Shown: positions 1 to 6,265 of the stretch, in pieces | Position numbering within the stretch: position 1 is the stretch's first letter | How the letters are laid out: the number at the start of each line of letters is the position of its first letter | DNA from: Deinococcaceae bacterium | GTDB lineage: Bacteria; Deinococcota; Deinococci; Deinococcales; Trueperaceae | Direction of reading: 5' to 3' | DNA length: 15,243 nt | Assembly: GCA_040256005.1 (NCBI GenBank) | Contig: JBDZWC010000072.1 | Location: 1-15,243, forward strand | The notes under the pieces: generated by a model | Database searches by the model: none | What the model was told of the DNA's origin: nothing | What the model saw: only the letters and a program-made list of their open reading frames with translations | Made by a program: the position numbers and the translations under genes

Positions 1-411
1 CAATGTGGAGATCTGGTCGTTGGGATGTTGAGCCATCACCCGCCAGATCACGCGCGTGGCGGGCTCGTAGCGCCAGGGGTCCGCACCGGCCCAGAGCAGG
101 GCAGACACGAGATCGGGACGCTCGGTCCTGATCGCGTACGCCAGCGGGGTCCAGGAGGCGCTCGTCACGTGGTTCGGGTCCGCGCCCGCCTCGAGCAGCG
201 TGGGAACCAACTGCGGTGCGTGCTCGATGGCGTACATCAGACCGGTCTGTCCATACGCGTCCGCGTACCACGCGAGTCGTACGTCGTCCTGCAGTGCCTG
301 GTGCACGGCAGGCACGTCGCCGCTCTTGACGAGTCTCAGGAAATCCTCACCGGACATGGCGGAGGCCATCGAAACGATGAGGAAGGCGATCAGGCACAAG
401 CAGTTTCGCAC
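1..411 (-). CDS. Secreted ankyrin-repeat protein (partial; 3' end runs off the window start)
   Basis: Not in the ORF track. Manual translation from GTG at 411 is open to position 1: MRNCLCLIAFLIVSMASA (signal-peptide-like) then ...DAYGQTGLMYAIEHAPQLVPTLLEAGADPNHVTSASWTPLAYAIRTERPDLVSALLWAGADPW, matching ankyrin G-x-T-P/x-L-x-x-A and LL-x-AGADPN motifs. Confidence 0.88.
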   Translation of the reverse strand, partial: MRNCLCLIAFLIVSMASAMSGEDFLRLVKSGDVPAVHQALQDDVRLAWYADAYGQTGLMYAIEHAPQLVPTLLEAGADPNHVTSASWTPLAYAIRTERPDLVSALLWAGADPWRYEPATRVIWRVMAQHPNDQISTL

Positions 412-424
412 GGTGGGAACGCTA
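412..424 (-). promoter_or_regulatory. Putative -10 element (TAGCGT) 7 nt upstream of the ankyrin GTG; leaderless-type start
   Basis: Minus strand reads TAGCGT-tcccacc-GTG with no Shine-Dalgarno. Confidence 0.45.
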
Positions 425-502
425 ACTTCTCGGAGGTCGGTCGCTCTGTGAAATTATCTAGGGGCACCAGAGTTCATTAAGGTGTTCTCACAGTTGATCC
501 CA

Positions 503-531
503 TTGACATCTACGAATCGCCGTCGTACCCT
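503..531 (+). promoter_or_regulatory. Sigma70-type promoter of the BlaI/M56 operon
   Basis: TTGACA (503-508), 17-nt spacer, TACCCT (526-531). AGGAG SD at 558-562 precedes GTG 568. Confidence 0.75.
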
Positions 532-554
532 CTTGCTACGAATTGATATCGTAG
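510..554. promoter_or_regulatory. Two tandem palindromic operators for the BlaI-family repressor
   Basis: cTACGA-atcgccg-TCGTAc (510-528) and CTACGA-attgata-TCGTAG (536-554). They overlap the promoter spacer/-10 and the expected start site. The TAC...GTA dyad resembles the TACA/TGTA boxes of BlaI/MecI/CopY. Confidence 0.8.
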
Positions 555-567
555 GTCAGGAGTCAGT

Positions 568-951
568 GTGGCAGTCAAGCCGACCGACACCGAAGTCGCG
601 ATCCTAGATGTTCTCTGGGAGCGTGGACCGAGCACGGTTCGTGAGGTCCACGAGGCGCTCGATCGCACCGACCTGCGGTACACCACAACCCTCAAGCAAC
701 TGCAGATGATGTTCGAGAAGGGCTTCGTCTCGAGAGACGACAGCAACCGTACGCATGTCTACGCGGCCAAGATAAGTCGGGCTCGCATGGAGGAGATGCT
801 GGTCGAGAGCTTCATGCGGGGCATCTTCGGTGGCTCCGCTATGCGGCTGGTGACCCGAGCCCTGTCGGTCACGGGGGCGAGCGAACAAGAGAGAAGAGCG
901 GTCGAAGAGCTCATCGCCGAGATAGATGAGGCCAAGGATGCCGCCGATTGA
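568..951 (+). CDS. BlaI/MecI/CopY family transcriptional repressor
   Basis: KPTDTEVAILDVLWERGPSTVREVHEAL...YTTTLKQLQMMFEKGFVSRD...HVY winged-helix signature; 127 aa; adjacent to an M56 peptidase; SD present. Confidence 0.95.
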   Translation: MAVKPTDTEVAILDVLWERGPSTVREVHEALDRTDLRYTTTLKQLQMMFEKGFVSRDDSNRTHVYAAKISRARMEEMLVESFMRGIFGGSAMRLVTRALSVTGASEQERRAVEELIAEIDEAKDAAD

Positions 952-2338
952 CATGCTCGGCAACGCGCACATCCGCGTCCTGGGTTGGACTCTCGTGCAC
1001 TTCGTGTGGCAGGGAGCAGGTGTCGCAGCGCTACTCACGGTCATGTTGGCAGCGCTCAGGCGCTCTCGACCCGGAATCCGTTATGCCGTAGCCTGCGGGT
1101 TCCTCGCGATCGCCATATCTGTGCCAATAGCCACGTTTGCGTTCCTAGCGCCAAGAACGGGGCCGTCATCGAGGATCAGTTACAGCCTCGACCGGCCAGC
1201 AGATTGGGGCGCCCGTGCCGCAAGCTCCTCAAGAGGTGACGCGCCCACGCCCCGCCAAGGCTCGGCCGGCCCGACGATCGAGGCGTATCTGCCGCATCTA
1301 GTCGCGGTTTGGGTGATAGGGGTTCTAGTCCTCTCGGTGAGGATGCTCGGTGGACTCTGGCTCCTGAGGCGGCTGACTGCCCGTTTCAACCGCCCCGCTT
1401 CAGTGGCGCTCTTGACGAGGTTCGGACATCTCTCGCAACGACTTGGACTTCGGCGCAGCGTGAGACTACGAGAATCGCTGGCGGCGCGAGTTCCGCTAGT
1501 CATCGGCTGGCTGCGTCCCGTAATCCTCTTGCCGACCAGTGCGGTGAGCGGCCTCTCCATAGCCCAACTCGAGATGATCCTGGCGCACGAGTTGGCGCAT
1601 GTTCGCCGCCACGACTACCTAGTCAACTTGCTTCAACATCTGGTGGAGACGCTGCTCTTCTACCATCCTGCGGTCTGGTGGATCTCCGCGAAGGTGCGGG
1701 AGGAGCGGGAGAACTGTTGTGACGACCTGGCTGTCCGCGCTTGCGGCGGCAGTAGGGCCAGCTACGCGAAGGCCTTGGTTCAACTCGATGACCTGAACTT
1801 ATACCGGCTCGCTCCGGCAGCAACAAGCGGTTCTCTCCTACGTCGTGTCCAACGGCTCGCCGGCAGGGCTCCGATGCGACCACCCGGACCGGGGCAGTGG
1901 CTGGCCGGCGTAGCCCTTCTCGTCCTGCCGATCTTGACGATGGCTCTTGCCGGCAAGGTGCATGACATGACGCCGCTTTTGGGAACCTACCGGGCCGAGC
2001 CGGTGACCGTGACCGAGCTGTCCGAGGTGGGGTTCTCCGATGCTCTCGCGTGCGAGAACTCCGGGCCTTGGGTGCTCGTCTTCTCAGACCTCGGCTTCTT
2101 CAGCGGCAACGTGGATGCCGCGCCCGGTTGCACGTACCAGAGCCCCTTCGCGACTAGCTCCTGGACCGTCCACGGTGACCAGCTCACGTTTCGCGACTCG
2201 CGGGACTTCGGCTGCGGCCTGGAACTGTACCGCTACCGATACCATCTCGACGAACAGACCTTGACCCTGACACCTGTCAGCGACCCTTGCCCGGTGCGTG
2301 CCTACATCCTCTCCGCCCGGGCCTGGAGGAGGGCGTGA
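938..2338 (+). CDS. M56 family (BlaR1/MecR1-like) membrane zinc metallopeptidase with an atypical four-Cys C-terminal domain
   Basis: LGWTLVHFVWQG N-terminus, three N-terminal hydrophobic segments, PLVIGWLRPVILLP, HELAH (HExxH), RRHDYLVN, FYHPAVWW, ERENCCDD, then a fourth TM (WLAGVALLVLPILTMALAG). Overlaps the blaI stop. Start is uncertain (926/938/953); 938 has GAGG 6 nt upstream. Confidence 0.93.
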   Translation: MPPIDMLGNAHIRVLGWTLVHFVWQGAGVAALLTVMLAALRRSRPGIRYAVACGFLAIAISVPIATFAFLAPRTGPSSRISYSLDRPADWGARAASSSRGDAPTPRQGSAGPTIEAYLPHLVAVWVIGVLVLSVRMLGGLWLLRRLTARFNRPASVALLTRFGHLSQRLGLRRSVRLRESLAARVPLVIGWLRPVILLPTSAVSGLSIAQLEMILAHELAHVRRHDYLVNLLQHLVETLLFYHPAVWWISAKVREERENCCDDLAVRACGGSRASYAKALVQLDDLNLYRLAPAATSGSLLRRVQRLAGRAPMRPPGPGQWLAGVALLVLPILTMALAGKVHDMTPLLGTYRAEPVTVTELSEVGFSDALACENSGPWVLVFSDLGFFSGNVDAAPGCTYQSPFATSSWTVHGDQLTFRDSRDFGCGLELYRYRYHLDEQTLTLTPVSDPCPVRAYILSARAWRRA

Positions 2339-2369
2339 TCGAAACGGTTCGATCGCTTGGGGAGGGCTC

Positions 2370-2873
2370 ATGGGACTTCGGACGAAGAGACGGCTAGTGA
2401 CGCTAATGTTGGCTTGGACGTTCGGTGCCGTCCTGGCTCAAGAACCAGTAGTCACCGGCTCTCGAGTGGCGCCGGAATTGATGGGGTCGTACGTGACGGG
2501 GCCCTTCACGATCGAGGAGATCGCCCTGATGATCCCCGAACTCGGCAAGGACGACATCTGCGGCAATACGGGTACCTTCATCATGGACCTCAGAGCCGGC
2601 GGTTGGAGCTTGAACAACTACCCGATGCCCGGCTGCACCGGTTGGAACCCTGCGCTCATGGGTTCCTGGCGAGTACTCCGGAACAACGTTCTTGAGATCC
2701 AGGAGCTGGTCGACTTGGGGTGTGGACCGGCGGCGTACACCTACAACTGGCAGCTCGACGGCGACACGCTGACCCTGACCGCGCTCAACGACCCCTGTAC
2801 CGCTCGGATCTACTTCTTCACGGCTCGTCCGTGGCGCAAGGTGCCGAACGGAGCACAGCCACAATTTCAGTGA
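2370..2873 (+). CDS. Secreted hypothetical protein, paralog of the M56 C-terminal domain (four Cys, beta-rich, possibly lipocalin-like)
   Basis: GGAGG at 2361-2365 before ATG 2370. Signal peptide MGLRTKRRLVTLMLAWTFGAVLA|Q. Shares CxN(S/T)G, PGCT, SW, GCG, TLTLT, DPCxxR and ARxWR with the M56 C-terminus. Confidence 0.85.
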   Translation: MGLRTKRRLVTLMLAWTFGAVLAQEPVVTGSRVAPELMGSYVTGPFTIEEIALMIPELGKDDICGNTGTFIMDLRAGGWSLNNYPMPGCTGWNPALMGSWRVLRNNVLEIQELVDLGCGPAAYTYNWQLDGDTLTLTALNDPCTARIYFFTARPWRKVPNGAQPQFQ

Positions 2874-3006
2874 ACTCGTAGCGCCCGCCGGGCGTCCCAA
2901 GAAGCAGTTGCTTCAGTGACCTTGCCATGTGCAGGGCAGAAGGGAGGACTGTGCTTTCTGGAAGTTCGGGTTCGATCAGGTTCTTCGGGAAGAAGGGAGT
3001 AAGTAG

Positions 3007-4170
3007 ATGAAAAACGGGTTCGTAGCGTCCGTGCTAGTCGCAGTGACTCTGATCGCTACTGCTCTGGCGCAGGGCGAGAAGGCACCCGCGACGACAATTA
3101 GCGACCAGACTCAAGCCCGTCTGCGCGTAGCGCACCTCGTTCGTGGCGGACCAGAGGTAGACCTGCTGATCGATGGCTCGGTAGCGTTCAACTTGGACGT
3201 TCGACAAGCCGGCCTGCCTGCTGGCTACATCGGCGGCTATCTGTATATCGAACCGGGCCGCCACGAGATCGCTGTGGTACCGACGGGGCGATCAATAGAC
3301 GCGGCTCTAATTGGCCCACTGGACCTGGGCCTCGAGGCAGGACATCGCTACACGGTGGCGGTGTTAGGGCAGCTCGAAGACCCGAGTCTCACGCCTCTCG
3401 TGATGGACGACACGGAGACGCTCAGAGAGGCGCGGACTTCGCCGGAACAAGGCATCATGATCCTGATCAACAACCTGGCAGACACGACGACCCTAGATTT
3501 CACGCTGGGGGGCGAGGGACCCATAGGAGTGCCCTATCTCGGCTTTGCTGCGGCGCCGATGGCTCTTTCAGTCGGCGCCCCGCTCAGGATCGCGACCGAC
3601 CTTGGAGTGATCGCCCAAGAACCCGGGCCAGGAATGGATCCTGCGGTCGAATTCTTGGTCGCCTTCTACGGCAGGACAGCGGGCGATGACTTCGCTGACA
3701 CCCAAAGCGAGAACACGAGTGACCTAGACATCGTTAGCTTCCTGCGGCAGTTCAGCGGCCGCGGTTTCGAGTGGGCCGGACACCCTATCTCATTCGAGCG
3801 GTTCCTGGAGGCGCTCGATGTCACCGGAATGGACGAGTTGCTTTCCAGCGGACGGACCTACCTGGTCTTCCCACCCACCGACGAGGCCTTCGCGCAACTT
3901 CCCGCAGAGAACCTTGCCGAACTCATGGGCGATGCGGACGCTCTGACGCAGTTACTGCGGTACCACATCGTCGAGGGTTACTTCCCGAAGCGAACACTTA
4001 CCGGAGAAGAGTACTGGGTCGGCCTCCATACCAATCTTGCGGGGACCGAGCTTCAGGTCACACCAACAAGCGTCGCAGGGAAGCCGACCGCCGATCTTCA
4101 GGACTACATGGTGGCGAACGGCAGCCGGGTTGCGCCCATCACCACGGTTCTATTGCCGGCTACGCGCTGA
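3007..4170 (+). CDS. Secreted DUF4397 + fasciclin (FAS1) domain protein
   Basis: Signal peptide MKNGFVASVLVAVTLIATALA|Q. DUF4397-like ARLRVAHLVRGGPEVDLLIDG...LEAGHRYTVAVLG. FAS1 H1 motif TYLVFPPTDEAFAQLP and LLRYHIV. AAGGGAG SD upstream. Confidence 0.85.
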   Translation: MKNGFVASVLVAVTLIATALAQGEKAPATTISDQTQARLRVAHLVRGGPEVDLLIDGSVAFNLDVRQAGLPAGYIGGYLYIEPGRHEIAVVPTGRSIDAALIGPLDLGLEAGHRYTVAVLGQLEDPSLTPLVMDDTETLREARTSPEQGIMILINNLADTTTLDFTLGGEGPIGVPYLGFAAAPMALSVGAPLRIATDLGVIAQEPGPGMDPAVEFLVAFYGRTAGDDFADTQSENTSDLDIVSFLRQFSGRGFEWAGHPISFERFLEALDVTGMDELLSSGRTYLVFPPTDEAFAQLPAENLAELMGDADALTQLLRYHIVEGYFPKRTLTGEEYWVGLHTNLAGTELQVTPTSVAGKPTADLQDYMVANGSRVAPITTVLLPATR

Positions 4171-4248
4171 CTTCTGGAGCGACTGCACGCTCCCACCGAA
4201 CTGAAGCGCGCAATAGGGGTCTTCGGGTTCGTCATACCGGAATAGAGA

Positions 4249-4282
4249 GATTCCCGCCCCCAACTTGACAGGGGCGGGAATC
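4249..4282. terminator. 12-bp GC hairpin between convergent genes (probable bidirectional terminator / REP-like copy 1)
   Basis: GATTCCCGCCCC (4249-4260), 10-nt loop, GGGGCGGGAATC (4271-4282); lies between stops at 4170 (+) and 4288 (-). Confidence 0.65.
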
Positions 4283-4287
4283 GCCGG

Positions 4288-4869
4288 TCAGCGACGGCCG
4301 GCCCCCTCGAAGAAGAGATCCAGTGTCGCGTTCACTTGCTGCTCTGCGTTCGAGGCATCGACGCTCAGTAGCGGCTGGGCCAGGGCGAGAAGCGCATGCG
4401 CCAGCCAGGCAGTGTCGGCGGAGGCGGTCAGTTCACCGGCGTCCTGGCCGCTCTTCAGTAGCGTCTCGACCGGGAGCAGGAACTCCTGGCGGTACATGGC
4501 AAGCATCCGTGCGCGTGTCTCGTCGGCCAGGTGGACCGCCTCGCGTTCGGCCAAACGCATCGCGCTGCGCTGCCGCCGACGGTCGCGGATGATGCCCTCC
4601 AGCAGCGTCCGAACCTTGTCGCGCACCCCGCCCCGGCGGCTCGCGGCGCGCTCCACGATGGCGCCGGCCCCCTCGATGGCGGCCAGCAAGACCGCGAGGA
4701 GGAGCGCCTGCTTGTCGGCGAAATGGTGATAGAGAGCCGGCTTGGAGACGCCCAACTCTTCAGCGATCTCGCGCATCGACGTGCCTAGGTAGCCGCGCTC
4801 CGCGAACAGTTCGGTTGCCGCGTCGACTATGCGCTCGCGGGTGCCCGGCGCCGGGGCGTCTTCAGGCAC
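4288..4869 (-). CDS. TetR/AcrR family transcriptional regulator
   Basis: TRERIVDAATELFAERGYLGTSMREIAEELGVSKPALYHHFADKQALL HTH. GTG start overlaps the upstream gene's TGA. Confidence 0.95.
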   Translation of the reverse strand: MPEDAPAPGTRERIVDAATELFAERGYLGTSMREIAEELGVSKPALYHHFADKQALLLAVLLAAIEGAGAIVERAASRRGGVRDKVRTLLEGIIRDRRRQRSAMRLAEREAVHLADETRARMLAMYRQEFLLPVETLLKSGQDAGELTASADTAWLAHALLALAQPLLSVDASNAEQQVNATLDLFFEGAGRR

Positions 4870-5263
4870 CCTGGCCGGCCACGTAGCTCATGCCGATCCC
4901 GAAGGCCATGACGGCGAACAGGAAGGCGGAACTGGTGACGATCGCAGCGGTCCAGCGCTTGAGGCGCACGCGGCGTGGGAGCCAGTAGTAGACGAAGAAG
5001 AAGCCGAGCGGTCCCAGGCCACCGAGGTAGTGGATGAAGAGCTGCAGCGGCCCCAGGCCCTGGTCGAGGAGCTTGATGCCGATGACGGCCTGTACCATCA
5101 GCGAGACCTGCGCGACGATGAGGACCGCGTGGGCGCTGGTACCCAGCTCCCGGCCGCGCCAAGCGAAGAGGATGGCCACCACCATGGCGGCGAACGTCGT
5201 TATAAGGACCGCCATACCGCTGATGACGTGTACGTCGGGTGGAACCCAGATGGAGTCGATCAT
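4862..5263 (-). CDS. Small integral membrane protein (about four TM helices), unknown function
   Basis: GGAGG SD (5268-5272) before ATG 5263; four hydrophobic segments; overlaps the tetR start. Confidence 0.82.
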   Translation of the reverse strand: MIDSIWVPPDVHVISGMAVLITTFAAMVVAILFAWRGRELGTSAHAVLIVAQVSLMVQAVIGIKLLDQGLGPLQLFIHYLGGLGPLGFFFVYYWLPRRVRLKRWTAAIVTSSAFLFAVMAFGIGMSYVAGQGA

Positions 5264-5307
5264 CGTGCCTCCGTGGTCAGTTGGTCGCACTGCCGCCGTT
5301 CGCGCCG

Positions 5308-5327
5308 CTTACCGACCGGTCGGTAAG
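5308..5327. promoter_or_regulatory. Perfect 20-bp palindrome; putative TetR operator
   Basis: CTTACCGACC|GGTCGGTAAG, directly downstream of the -10 of the membrane protein-tetR operon. Confidence 0.8.
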
Positions 5328-5330
5328 GGG

Positions 5331-5359
5331 ATTGTCGCTCGGCTGGTGGCGGCGGTCAA
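5331..5359 (-). promoter_or_regulatory. Sigma70-type promoter for the membrane protein-tetR operon
   Basis: Minus strand: TTGACC (5359-5354), 17 nt, GACAAT (5336-5331). Confidence 0.65.
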
Positions 5360-5445
5360 GCCTTGTGCTCAAGACGTCGTCCAGCGGCCTTTCCCGGGGA
5401 TGATCGCGGAACGACTTACGGCGGGCGGTGGCGGAGCCACAGAAG

Positions 5446-5484
5446 CGCGATTCCCGCCCCGGCAGCCGGATGGCGGGAATCGCG
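5446..5484. repeat. Inverted-repeat hairpin, REP-like copy 2 (same arms as 4249-4282)
   Basis: CGCGATTCCCGCC (5446-5458) ... GGCGGGAATCGCG (5472-5484). Confidence 0.65.
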
Positions 5485-5505
5485 AAACCCGTTCAGTACG
5501 GGCTT
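5485..5505 (-). terminator. Hairpin directly 3' of tRNA-Pro; possible intrinsic terminator
   Basis: Minus strand AAGCCCGT-ACTGA-ACGGGTTT, starting 3 nt after the CCA end; the U-tract is short. Confidence 0.55.
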
Positions 5506-5508
5506 ACT

Positions 5509-5585
5509 TGGTCGGGGTGGCCGGATTTGAACCGACGACCACTTGACCCCCAGTCAAGTGCGCTACCAGGCTGCGCTACACCCCG
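5509..5585 (-). tRNA. tRNA-Pro (anticodon GGG)
   Basis: Reverse complement CGGGGTG TA GCGC AGCCTGGTA GCGC A CTTGA CT-GGG-GG TCAAG TGGTC GTCGG TTCAAAT CCGGC CACCCCG A CCA: 77 nt, full cloverleaf, encoded CCA. Confidence 0.98.
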
Positions 5586-5628
5586 GTACGAACGCGGCCA
5601 CAGCGCGAGGCGCTGCTGCCGGCTACAG

Positions 5629-5637
5629 AGCTTATCA
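5629..5637 (-). promoter_or_regulatory. Putative extended -10 promoter for tRNA-Pro
   Basis: Minus strand TGaTAAGCT about 44 nt upstream of the tRNA, overlapping the tetR TGA stop. Confidence 0.45.
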
Positions 5638-6258
5638 CGGGGGTGTCAGCCGCTGCAGTCCGGCGCGCGCGACCCGCGTCACCTCGTCCGGTGTCGATCC
5701 CAAGCCCAGCGCCGACAGGGCGCCGGACAGTGCGAGGCTCGCCATACCGTGCGCGGCGCTCCACGCCAGGAGGGCGAACGGGGGCATGTCGGCTAGTGGT
5801 GGCGCGCCGGTAGAGGTACCACCACTGGGGGCGTTCTTCAGTCGTCCCGAGGCGGCGCCTCCGGAAGACGCGTAGGCCTCGGCCCCCGCCAACAGCACCG
5901 ACCTGGTCCTCGAACGCGCCTGCTTCAGCTCGTCCGAGTCGTCGTTGACAAGGTCGGGCCTGAACATCACCGCGAAGTGGCCCGGGTGATCCAGGGCGAA
6001 GCGAACGTAGGCCACACCCGCCTCCAGGAAGTCGGAGCCGGCGGAGGAGAGCCGGCCTGCCAAGAGCCTGTGGCCCTGTGCCGCCAGGGCGGTCAGGACG
6101 CCTTGCTTGTCGCCGAAGTGATGCCGCGGCGCGGTGTGGGTGACGCCCAGATCCCGTGCCAGCTCCCGGAGGCTCAACCCGGACGGTCCTCGCTCCGCCA
6201 CGACCCTCGCGGCTGCCGCCAGCAGGTCCTCCTTGAGGCTGCCGTGGTGGTACGCCAT
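5635..6258 (-). CDS. TetR/AcrR family regulator (WHG-type C-terminal domain)
   Basis: MAYHHGSLKEDLLAAA...LSLRELARDLGVTHTAPRHHFGDKQGVL HTH; AYVRFALDHPGHFAVMF and AWSAAHGMASL. Start set at ATG 6258 (typical YHHG N-terminus; -10 box 7 nt upstream). Confidence 0.93.
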   Translation of the reverse strand: MAYHHGSLKEDLLAAAARVVAERGPSGLSLRELARDLGVTHTAPRHHFGDKQGVLTALAAQGHRLLAGRLSSAGSDFLEAGVAYVRFALDHPGHFAVMFRPDLVNDDSDELKQARSRTRSVLLAGAEAYASSGGAASGRLKNAPSGGTSTGAPPLADMPPFALLAWSAAHGMASLALSGALSALGLGSTPDEVTRVARAGLQRLTPP

Positions 6259-6265
6259 CGAGGGC

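Noticed and set aside
25..480. Plus-strand ORFs 25..480 and 200..451
   Set aside because: Antisense shadows of the minus-strand ankyrin gene; no recognisable motifs.
568..2338. Calling the BlaI/M56 pair a beta-lactam resistance locus (blaI/blaR1)
   Set aside because: The C-terminal domain is only ~125 aa and does not resemble a penicillin-binding domain; no beta-lactamase or PBP gene in the window.
2298..2369. Longer N-terminus for the secreted paralog (start 2298)
   Set aside because: Overlaps the M56 gene; ATG 2370 has a GGAGG SD and starts a clean signal peptide.
2344..2980. GGTTCGATC strings (near 2346 and 2969) resembling tRNA T-loops
   Set aside because: No T-stem, acceptor stem or cloverleaf around them.
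4171..4212. Minus-strand GCGCGCTTCAGTTCGGTGGGAGCG resembling a tRNA 5' half or att remnant
   Set aside because: Only a weak D-arm likeness; no anticodon stem or T-arm, and no match to the tRNA-Pro.
5034..5796. ORFs crossing the tRNA (5034..5546 ending LVGVAGFEPTT; 5428..5796)
   Set aside because: Typical translation of a tRNA antisense strand, not proteins.
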